Positions 8,740 through 15,948 of a stretch of 53,924 nt of DNA are shown in pieces. The translations under genes and the position numbers were made by a program. The DNA is from Gemmatimonadota bacterium. Its GTDB lineage: Bacteria; Gemmatimonadota; Gemmatimonadetes; Palauibacterales; Palauibacteraceae. The stretch spans positions 1-53,924 of the forward strand of contig JAZDDE010000080.1 of NCBI GenBank assembly GCA_036679495.1. The letters are read 5' to 3'. The notes beneath the pieces are model-generated. The model made no database searches. It had not been told where the DNA came from and was given only the letters and a program-made list of their open reading frames with translations. How positions within the stretch are numbered: the stretch's first letter is position 1; every line of letters starts with the position of its first letter.

Positions 8740-9219
8740 TCAGTCCGGAGAAACCGTGAACGTGAACGGCAGCTCGTACAGACCTGGGTCGTCGTTCAGC
8801 AGGCTAAGCAGAACCCGAAAATCGAAGCTCTTGGTATGCTGGCCCCGGGCAGCGCCGTCGTCCAGCAGAACCGGCACGACCGGCATCGCAATCAGACCGG
8901 CGGCGTCCATGTCGTACTGGAGGTCGCTGGCCGGCTTTACGCCCGCCACGCCGTCTTTGTTGAAGACAGCCTGATCGGCAACCACGGTGACGTCATGCAG
9001 AATGTTTCCGCGGTGCGTCAGAGTGAAGCCGGTGACATCCTTGAATCCGGCGGTGAAGTCGGCGTCGGCAGCAGCACCGAAGTCGACGTCACCCGTGAAG
9101 CTGATGAACAGAATCGACGGGACGTTAATCCGCGCCGTCTGGCTGGCAGTCGTCTGGGCCTGCGCACTTGTCGCGAACAACAAGCTTCCGAGCACCAGAG
9201 TAGTAAGAACTCTCTTCAT
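8740..9219 (-). CDS. Putative major pilin/fimbrial subunit
   Basis: Start re-assigned to ATG 9219 (SD GAGG); 159 aa; signal peptide MKRVLTTLVLGSLLFATSAQA; mature N-terminus QTTASQTARINVPS has an alternating donor-strand-like pattern; first gene of the operon; no Cys. Confidence 0.7.
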   Translation of the reverse strand: MKRVLTTLVLGSLLFATSAQAQTTASQTARINVPSILFISFTGDVDFGAAADADFTAGFKDVTGFTLTHRGNILHDVTVVADQAVFNKDGVAGVKPASDLQYDMDAAGLIAMPVVPVLLDDGAARGQHTKSFDFRVLLSLLNDDPGLYELPFTFTVSPD

Positions 9220-9335
9220 TTCGACCTCTTTGACCGAGGGTTTGGAACCGTGCCACCCCGTTTGGTGACGTTGGTCACGCCGCGGCCACGTTCCGAACGA
9301 AAGAACGCACGTGCTCAGGCGCATGTCGGTCGTAG

Positions 9336-9355
9336 AGCAATTGGTATACCAATTG
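9336..9355 (-). promoter_or_regulatory. Sigma54-type promoter TTGGTATA-CCAA-TTGCT inside a perfect 18-bp palindrome CAATTGGTATACCAATTG (9338-9355)
   Basis: Matches YTGGYRYR-N4-TTGCW with GG-N10-GC spacing on the minus strand, about 115 nt upstream of the pilin ATG; the plus-strand reading ends TTGA and lacks the -12 GC. Confidence 0.65.
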
Positions 9356-9547
9356 ATTCGACGATACCGAGGAAGTCGAGGCCAGCGTTCGGCGGAGATG
9401 CGGAACAACGGCCCGGTCGGTGCGCGATCGGCGAGCTGCCAGAGTCGTCGCGTGCCGGTTGGCGATCGCGGCAGACAAGACCAACCAGTCGCATGACTGT
9501 CGCGCTCTGCCATACAGTGACGCAGTTTCCGCCGGCGTACATGATGT

Positions 9548-9712
9548 TCAGGTGACTGCGTGCTGCTGATTGCTTGCGATCTCGACTAGCCGATCTCGAA
9601 ACCACTCGTCGACCCCTCTTGCCTCTTCTTCCGCCGCCCGCTTCATCAGGTTAAACTCTATGGTGGTGCAGTTGATTTGAACGATTTCGGACTGGTGAGT
9701 GCCACCGTTCAT
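9548..9712 (-). CDS. 54-aa small protein, ribbon-helix-helix-like (CopG/Arc/MobC pattern); absent from ORF track
   Basis: Hand translation: MNGGTHQSEIVQINCTTIEFNLMKRAAEEEARGVDEWFRDRLVEIASNQQHAVT; G-run SD 6 nt upstream of ATG; strand-helix-turn(G)-helix pattern. Confidence 0.55.
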   Translation of the reverse strand: MNGGTHQSEIVQINCTTIEFNLMKRAAEEEARGVDEWFRDRLVEIASNQQHAVT

Positions 9713-9799
9713 GAAGATCCCCCCCGCTGGGCTTTGTTGATCTCACGGCTTCTGCTTACGGCGTGCCATACAGTGCCGTACGGATACAGAATCTGGTAG

Positions 9800-9815
9800 A
9801 GCAAGAGGTATACCG
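9800..9815 (-). promoter_or_regulatory. Second sigma54-type promoter CGGTATA-CCTC-TTGCT upstream of the 54-aa gene
   Basis: GG-N10-GC spacing and TTGCT -12; 9796-9814 is identical to 9332-9350 at 17 of 19 positions. Confidence 0.55.
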
Positions 9816-9868
9816 CTGGTAAACCGGCCAATACCAGCTCATTTGACCGCTCGCATTATTCGTTGCAG

Positions 9869-9892
9869 CATACTGACATGCGGTACAGTATG
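9869..9892. promoter_or_regulatory. Inverted repeat CATACTG-N10-CAGTATG, probable TetR operator
   Basis: Perfect 7-bp arms 27 nt upstream of the tetR start; TetR/AcrR regulators typically bind such palindromes at their own promoter. Confidence 0.6.
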
Positions 9893-9918
9893 GTCACTCA
9901 CTACCTCGGGTTCCGTCA

Positions 9919-10485
9919 TTGAAATCGCCGCGAAAAAAGCTTACTGAAGAGGATTGGCTGGCCCAGGCTCTGAAGACACTGGCTGCTGAAGGTGTCTCAG
10001 CGGTCCGGGTCGAGCGTCTGGCAAGTTCGCTAGGAGTCACCAAGGGCAGCTTCTACTGGCACTTCAAGAGCCACGGCGAACTCTTGGCGAGGCTTAGGCA
10101 GTATTGGGCCGACGAATATACGATTAGGGTTGATTCCTCCGAGACCCAGAGCCAGCCAGATGCCGCAGCCATGCTGCTGTGGGTTCTGAGACGGGTCACC
10201 CTGGAGGATGCAAACCGCTACGATCCCGCGATGCGAGCCTGGGGATTGTTCGATTCCCTGACCGCCGAGGCCGTGCGTCGGGTCGACGAAACGAGGCTGG
10301 CCTACGTGACGGACCTGTTTCTACGCATGGGCTTCGATCGGAACGAAGCTGATCTCCGCAGTCGCATGTCGTACTACTACGTGATCGGAGAGAGTTTCGC
10401 GGGTATCGAAAAAACTCCGGAGGATCGACTCACGTTCCTGGACCTGCGCTATCAAAGGCTCATAGACCGAGCGACTATCCGGTAA
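9919..10485 (+). CDS. TetR/AcrR family transcriptional regulator
   Basis: 188 aa; HTH GVSAVRVERLASSLGVTKGSFYWHFKS. Confidence 0.93.
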   Translation: MKSPRKKLTEEDWLAQALKTLAAEGVSAVRVERLASSLGVTKGSFYWHFKSHGELLARLRQYWADEYTIRVDSSETQSQPDAAAMLLWVLRRVTLEDANRYDPAMRAWGLFDSLTAEAVRRVDETRLAYVTDLFLRMGFDRNEADLRSRMSYYYVIGESFAGIEKTPEDRLTFLDLRYQRLIDRATIR

Positions 10486-10567
10486 GCTTGAGTCTCGGCC
10501 GACTCGTCCCTAGCTTGGCGGACTTCGCGCCGATCAGCCATAGAGCCGCCAGACCCCGGATATCGAT

Positions 10568-11923
10568 TTGACCTCGCACTCAGACGCCGACCGATACCGC
10601 TTCGACTACGAAGAACATGTGCTTTCCAACGGCCTGCGCGTGATCGTTCATGAGGAGCGGTCGGCGCCGGTCGTGGCCGTCCACGTCATGTACCACGTCG
10701 GATCTAAGAACGAGAAGAAGGGCCGCACCGGCTTTGCCCACCTATTCGAGCACCTCCTGTTCCAGGGATCGGAGAACGTCGGCGACGACGAGCATATCAG
10801 ACACGTGCAGAACGCCGGGGGCACGCTGAATGGTTCGACCTGGTTCGACAGAACCAATTACTACGAGACGCTTCCTTCTAACCAGTTCGAACTGGCCCTT
10901 TGGCTCGAGTCGGATCGCATGGGGTTTTTCCTCAGCAGCATCACGCAAGAAAAGCTGGATAACCAGCGGGATGTGGTGAAGAACGAGCGTCTTCAGGCGT
11001 ACGAGAACCGTCCCTACGGGCTTGCTGTCGAAACTGTTCTGGCCAACGCATACCCGGATGGGCACCCATACAGGCACCCGACTATCGGGTACATGAAAGA
11101 CCTTGATGCCGCCACGCTCGATGACGTACGCGGCTTCTTCCAGACCTTTTATGGGCCCGGCAATGCGGTCATTGTCATCGCAGGTGATGTCAGGGCCAGA
11201 GACGCGTTTCGTCAGGTCGAGCGATACTTCGGTGCTCTTCCGTCGGTCGCCAAACCGCCTGTCTTGGACTTTCCGTCCGATCCGCCCGAGGAGCAACGAC
11301 GCGCCGAACTGACAGACCGTGTTCAGGCGCCCCGGGTGTACATGATGTATCACGCACCGTCGTTTGCGGATCCGGCCTTCGAGGTAGCCGACGTGCTCGC
11401 CTCGCTGCTGGCGGAGGGCCGCAGTTCTGTGCTGCATAACGAGTTGGTGTACCGAAGGCGCCTGGCCAGCGAAGTCCAGGCGTTCATCTGGCCGCTTGAA
11501 AATACCGGTATGCTTTGGATTGTGACCACCGCGAGGCCCGGGGTCTCGCCATCGGAGCTGGAAGCCGCTGTCGACGAGGTGCTCGGCTCGCTTCTGGCCG
11601 ATGGGCCGCGGCCGGAAGCGGTTGCGGGAGCCAGGAACCGGGCCAAACGGCAACTGGTGGCTCAGCTCGCTGATGTCGGAGGCAGGGCCGACATGATCGC
11701 ACACTCGGTGACACTGCGCGGCGACGCCGGCTATGTGAACCAGTGCTTTGAACGCTACGCCGCCGTCAAGGAGGGTGACGTCAGAGGCCTGGCCGAACAG
11801 CTCCTTCAGCCCGGCCGAAGAACTGTTGTTCACGTTTCGCCTGCCGCTGCCGACGACGACATCGCTGCCGATGCAGCCGGCACCGACGTCTTGAACTCGC
11901 AATCGAATGGAGCGGGCCAGTGA
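10568..11923 (+). CDS. M16 (pitrilysin-like) zinc peptidase, catalytic subunit
   Basis: HLFEH inverted zinc motif; LSNGLRV; VVKNER; no signal peptide. Confidence 0.93.
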   Translation: MTSHSDADRYRFDYEEHVLSNGLRVIVHEERSAPVVAVHVMYHVGSKNEKKGRTGFAHLFEHLLFQGSENVGDDEHIRHVQNAGGTLNGSTWFDRTNYYETLPSNQFELALWLESDRMGFFLSSITQEKLDNQRDVVKNERLQAYENRPYGLAVETVLANAYPDGHPYRHPTIGYMKDLDAATLDDVRGFFQTFYGPGNAVIVIAGDVRARDAFRQVERYFGALPSVAKPPVLDFPSDPPEEQRRAELTDRVQAPRVYMMYHAPSFADPAFEVADVLASLLAEGRSSVLHNELVYRRRLASEVQAFIWPLENTGMLWIVTTARPGVSPSELEAAVDEVLGSLLADGPRPEAVAGARNRAKRQLVAQLADVGGRADMIAHSVTLRGDAGYVNQCFERYAAVKEGDVRGLAEQLLQPGRRTVVHVSPAAADDDIAADAAGTDVLNSQSNGAGQ

Positions 11924-13284
11924 TGCGATTGGACCGTTCCCAGGCCCCGGCAGCCGGCCCGTACCGCGAGCTGACCCTCCCTAAGATCGAGAAGTTCGAG
12001 CTACCCAACGGCCTTCGAATCCAGGTAGTGAGAAGGGCGCAGCTGCCCGAGGTGTCCGTGCGCTTGGTACTGGAGGCCGGCGCCGCCCTGGCTCAGAAGC
12101 GACAGAGCGGGATTGCTTCGCTGACTGCCGAGGCTCTGACGGAGGGGGCAGGAGGCCGGAGTGCTGAGGAAATGGCCCAGTGGCTCGATCGTCTGGGCGC
12201 CGGCTTTCACGCGACGGTGGACCAGGACGGGGCGGAGATCACGATACACACGCTGAGCGAGGAACTCGGAGGGACGCTCGACTATCTGGCCAGCGCCGTA
12301 ACCGTGCCTCACTTCGAGAAAAAAGAAGTAGACAGGCTTCGTCAGGAGCGTATTGATCGCCTGCGGCGGCGCCAGGATGACGCCGCCAATGTAGCCGCAG
12401 ATGGCTTGATGGCGGCTTTGTACGGCGATCACCCATACGGACGGCCGATCCTCGGGCTTCCCGAAACGATCGGCGGGCTGGGACCGGACGACCTTCGGAC
12501 ATTTCACGACGGGCACATGGTCCCAGACGGCTCGACCCTGCTGGTGTGCGGCGACGTGGAACCGCAGGGGGTGGCTCACCTGATCGAACAGAAACTAGGT
12601 GGCTGGAACGGTGTCCGGCGGAAGGAAGTGCTGCCCGATACGCCGCCGGACGCTGTCCGAGAGGCTCAGGTACTCCTGCTGGATCGTCCGGGAAGCGCAC
12701 AGGCCGAGATCCGCATCGGCGCCATCGGTCTTCGGCAGGGGCACCGGGACGAATTCGATGTTACGGTGGCGAACGCAATCCTGGGCGGTCTTTTCAACTC
12801 TCGGATCAACATGAACCTGAGAGAGGACAAGGGCTGGACCTACGGCGCCCGGACGTCGTTCGCGTTCCGGCGAGGCCGCGGACCCTTCGTGGCCCAGGCT
12901 GCCGTGGCTTCCGCAGTTGTCGCCGATGCGCTCCAGGAAATACTGGAGGAGATAGGCGGAATGGTAGAGAATACCCCCTCGAATGAGGAGATCCGGCTCG
13001 CCAAGAACGCCCTTACGTTGTCGCTTCCACGTCAATTTGAGACGTCTGGCCAGATTACCGCCAAGATGGCCCGCCAGGTACGGTACGGCCTGCCAGACGA
13101 CTACTGGGCCACCTACCGGCGAAAGATCGAGGACGTCCGCCGCGACAGCATCGTGATAGCGATAAGAAGCTACTTAGGTCGAGATCGCCTTGTGTGTCTC
13201 GCCGCCGCTGACGCCGAGTCGGCCGGGCCGGCTCTGGAGTCCTTGGGGAACGTCGAAATCGTACCCTCCTTGCAGCCGGCCTAG
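11920..13284 (+). CDS. M16 peptidase, non-catalytic partner subunit
   Basis: LPNGLRI; lacks HxxEH; NSRINMNLREDKGWTYG motif; overlaps preceding gene. Confidence 0.9.
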   Translation: MMRLDRSQAPAAGPYRELTLPKIEKFELPNGLRIQVVRRAQLPEVSVRLVLEAGAALAQKRQSGIASLTAEALTEGAGGRSAEEMAQWLDRLGAGFHATVDQDGAEITIHTLSEELGGTLDYLASAVTVPHFEKKEVDRLRQERIDRLRRRQDDAANVAADGLMAALYGDHPYGRPILGLPETIGGLGPDDLRTFHDGHMVPDGSTLLVCGDVEPQGVAHLIEQKLGGWNGVRRKEVLPDTPPDAVREAQVLLLDRPGSAQAEIRIGAIGLRQGHRDEFDVTVANAILGGLFNSRINMNLREDKGWTYGARTSFAFRRGRGPFVAQAAVASAVVADALQEILEEIGGMVENTPSNEEIRLAKNALTLSLPRQFETSGQITAKMARQVRYGLPDDYWATYRRKIEDVRRDSIVIAIRSYLGRDRLVCLAAADAESAGPALESLGNVEIVPSLQPA

Positions 13285-13384
13285 CTCGGGCCCACGCCGG
13301 AACCACAGCCACATGCCCGCTGTTCCAATGAAGCGGCAGTTGCGGCACCAGCGGAAACCCGCTGCGGAACCGTTCCGATGGAAC

Positions 13385-13412
13385 GCAACCATTTCGCTCC
13401 GGTATACGTCTA
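13385..13412 (+). promoter_or_regulatory. Putative ECF-type autoregulatory promoter GCAAC-N17-CGTCTA
   Basis: AAC...CGT arrangement typical of ECF promoters, 120 nt upstream of the ECF sigma start. Confidence 0.45.
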
Positions 13413-13532
13413 TATAGTGTAAGGGATAGGGATGGCGGCCCAGCGCCGCACTTGTGTGGGGAAACTTTCAGTACAGTCGAGGTGCGCCCGGCGATCGAAC
13501 TGTCGGGCAGCCGCATGGGATGGGAGGAACCC

Positions 13533-14174
13533 ATGGCCAGGCACAGATCTGCACCGAATGACCGGCTTGTCGATACCAGCGAGTTCCGCACGGAACTCAA
13601 GAATCTCGACGACGCGGCGCTTGTGGCCGAATATCTTGAAGGTCGGCGGCTGGCGTTTCACGAGCTGGCGAACCGCTACCACCAGCGCCTTCTCAACTTC
13701 ATATATCGCACGATCGGCGACCGGGACCGGGCCGAAGACCTGGTCCAAGAGACGTTCATCCGGGTGTATCGGCATCTTCACCGGTTCGATCCGACGAAGA
13801 AGTTCTCCACCTGGATCTATACGATCGCCAGCAACCTCGCGAAGAACGAGCTCAGGAACCGGGCCCGCAATCCGTTGGTGCTGTTCCAGGCGATCAAGAA
13901 AAACTGGGATGCCGATCATCGGCCGCTACAGTGGGAGGACAGCACCTACAAGCCTGACGATCTGTTTCGTAAGCGGCATCTTCGTGAACAGGTCGAGTCT
14001 GCCGTCGCGGAGCTACCGGAGCACCACAAGGTTGTCTTCGTTCTCCGTGAGATGGAGGGAAAGACGTACGAGGAGATCTCCGAGATCACCGGCGTCACAC
14101 TTGGAACCGTGAAATCGCGTCTCAATCGGGCTCGCAATCGGTTCGCTCAGATCATTGGCCCAATGCTTGATTGA
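13533..14174 (+). CDS. ECF RNA polymerase sigma factor (RpoE/SigW-like)
   Basis: Start set at ATG 13533 (SD GGAGG); AEDLVQETFIRVY, FSTWIYTIASN, region 4 YEEISEITGVTLGTVKSRLNRAR. Confidence 0.95.
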   Translation: MARHRSAPNDRLVDTSEFRTELKNLDDAALVAEYLEGRRLAFHELANRYHQRLLNFIYRTIGDRDRAEDLVQETFIRVYRHLHRFDPTKKFSTWIYTIASNLAKNELRNRARNPLVLFQAIKKNWDADHRPLQWEDSTYKPDDLFRKRHLREQVESAVAELPEHHKVVFVLREMEGKTYEEISEITGVTLGTVKSRLNRARNRFAQIIGPMLD

Positions 14175-14231
14175 TTGGACGCGCTGAGGGATCTTCACGC
14201 CGGACCGGGGGCGGGTGAGTCGAGAATTCTG

Positions 14232-14260
14232 GGGGTGGTCTGGGGACCGCCCCTTTTTTT
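14232..14260 (+). terminator. Intrinsic terminator between sigma and anti-sigma genes
   Basis: Stem GGGGTGGTC/GACCGCCCC, 4-nt loop, followed by T7. Confidence 0.7.
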
Positions 14261-14284
14261 GTCCAAGGCTCCGCCTATTCGGCT

Positions 14285-14310
14285 GGGAACACGCAACGCA
14301 TGCACGCGTA
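14285..14310 (+). promoter_or_regulatory. Putative ECF-type promoter GGGAAC-N16-CGTA upstream of the anti-sigma gene
   Basis: Motif lies just after the terminator, 41 nt before the ATG. Confidence 0.4.
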
Positions 14311-14351
14311 TGATGGGTCTGTAGAATCAGACCTAAAGGACTCGGAAGGGC

Positions 14352-14912
14352 ATGAACTGCAAGGCTTTTCTAGATACATACACAGAGTATAGAGACGGTC
14401 TGCTGGATGATCTGCACCTCGCGCAGGCGGAGCAGCATCTGGCGACGTGTGAGTCGTGTACGCGGTACGACCGCGTGTTTTGCCGCGGTATCGAACTGCT
14501 CCACACGCTTCCCACTGCCGAATCCGCCGAAGACTTCATGCCCCGTTTGCGCCACCGCCTGTACAACGTCGATGACGGCATCTATCAGGCGTCGCGGCGT
14601 CAGCTTGGCGGCAGCGCGGCTCTAATAGGGGTCGCCTCGGTCGGATTGTTGGCCCTGCTATGGCTTCCGTTCACCACCCGCACCTCAGTTGAGTTTCAAC
14701 TACAGGCCGTGGCGGCGGAGCGGCTGGCCGAGTCCGCGGCTTCACGAGGGCCGGCCCTCTTTCTGTCGGAGCCCATCGTGGCTACCGTAGGCTCGCAGGA
14801 CGGATCGGATCTTGATGCCAAGCTGACTGAATGGCCTCCGCGAAAACACGTACATCCCACGATTCTCCTCGGGTCAAGGAACGCGCAGCTGGTAGCTGTC
14901 GCGGTCGACTGA
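14352..14912 (+). CDS. Zinc-finger (ZAS, zf-HC2) anti-sigma factor with one TM helix
   Basis: MNCKAFLDTYTEYRDG...HLATCESC (HxxxCxxC); TM ALIGVASVGLLALLWLPF; follows the ECF sigma. Confidence 0.88.
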   Translation: MNCKAFLDTYTEYRDGLLDDLHLAQAEQHLATCESCTRYDRVFCRGIELLHTLPTAESAEDFMPRLRHRLYNVDDGIYQASRRQLGGSAALIGVASVGLLALLWLPFTTRTSVEFQLQAVAAERLAESAASRGPALFLSEPIVATVGSQDGSDLDAKLTEWPPRKHVHPTILLGSRNAQLVAVAVD

Positions 14913-14931
14913 CCCGACCTCAGATTCCGGT

Positions 14932-15948
14932 ATGAGCCTGGCAGCCGAGACCGGGCTCGAGCGCGTCCTCAAGAGCGGCGACTTCAGCGGCGTATTTTTC
15001 TTTCATGGAGATGCCAGCCGTCTGCGAAACGAAGCCGCCCGCTGTCTGATCGATGCGGCTTGCGAGCCCGCTACCCGCGATTTCAACCTGGACATTTTCT
15101 CGGGCTTGGAGGTGTCCGCCGAAGCCCTCGCCTCGAGCCTGTCGATGCCGCCAATGATGGCATCTCGCCGCGTGGTGGCCCTGTTTGGCGCCGAAGCGCT
15201 GGGTACTAACAGCCGAAAAGTGGTCGAGGACATGCTCTCGAGCCTGCCGGAAGACGTCACGTTCGTCATTACCGCTACGATCCCACATCAGTCTCGGGCC
15301 TCCCTATACACCAAGCTCAAGAAGGCGGCCAGGTGTTTCGAGTGGTCTGCGCCGCGGACTACCGAGATCCCGGGCTGGATCATGGAGCGAGCTACCAGAC
15401 GTCATGGGATCACGGTCTCCCCTTCGGCCGCTCAGCATATTGCAGCGGCGGTTGGCGCCGACCTCGGTCTCGCCGAAGCGGAGCTCGAGAAACTGGCTAC
15501 TGGAGGGCACACAGACGTTACCGAGGACGTTGCCCGAGAGGTTGTTGCCGGCACCGGCGCCGTGGATCGCTGGGCATGGCTCGACCGGGTGGCCAACCGC
15601 GAATACGACGACGCCCTGAACGAGCTGCCGAACTTGTTGTCCGGGTCATCGGAAAGCGCCGTGGGGCTGATTAGCGCTCTGCTGGACCACCACCTGTGCC
15701 TGGCCGTAGCACGTGAGGGCGGGTCGGCGGGAGTGGCGGACGCGCTAAGCGCAGCCGGTAAACAGTACATCAAGTGGAAAGCCCGGACGTTTGCTGCGCA
15801 AGCGCGTTCCTGGAAATCAGACGAACTGGACCGAGCGGTTCACGCCCTGGCCAGAGCTGACCGCCAGGCCAAGTCAGGCCTCGGCGATCTTCCCGTCGTG
15901 CGCAATCTCCTGCTCGAGCTGAAAGTGGGAGTTCAGCGTTGCGCGTGA
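14932..15948 (+). CDS. holA: DNA polymerase III delta subunit
   Basis: FFFHGD..., FNLDIFSG, PPMMASRRVV, ELEKL; typical length 338 aa. Confidence 0.85.
   Translation: MSLAAETGLERVLKSGDFSGVFFFHGDASRLRNEAARCLIDAACEPATRDFNLDIFSGLEVSAEALASSLSMPPMMASRRVVALFGAEALGTNSRKVVEDMLSSLPEDVTFVITATIPHQSRASLYTKLKKAARCFEWSAPRTTEIPGWIMERATRRHGITVSPSAAQHIAAAVGADLGLAEAELEKLATGGHTDVTEDVAREVVAGTGAVDRWAWLDRVANREYDDALNELPNLLSGSSESAVGLISALLDHHLCLAVAREGGSAGVADALSAAGKQYIKWKARTFAAQARSWKSDELDRAVHALARADRQAKSGLGDLPVVRNLLLELKVGVQRCA

Noticed and set aside
9240-9255. TGGCACGG on the minus strand as a sigma54 -24 box near the pilin start
   Set aside because: No GC at the -12 position (reads AA).
9360-9547. Possible c-di-GMP or other riboswitch upstream of the pilin (CGCGATCG/CGATCGCG hairpin)
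   Set aside because: No recognisable aptamer consensus, and it lies upstream of the predicted start site; an Infernal/Rfam scan would settle it.
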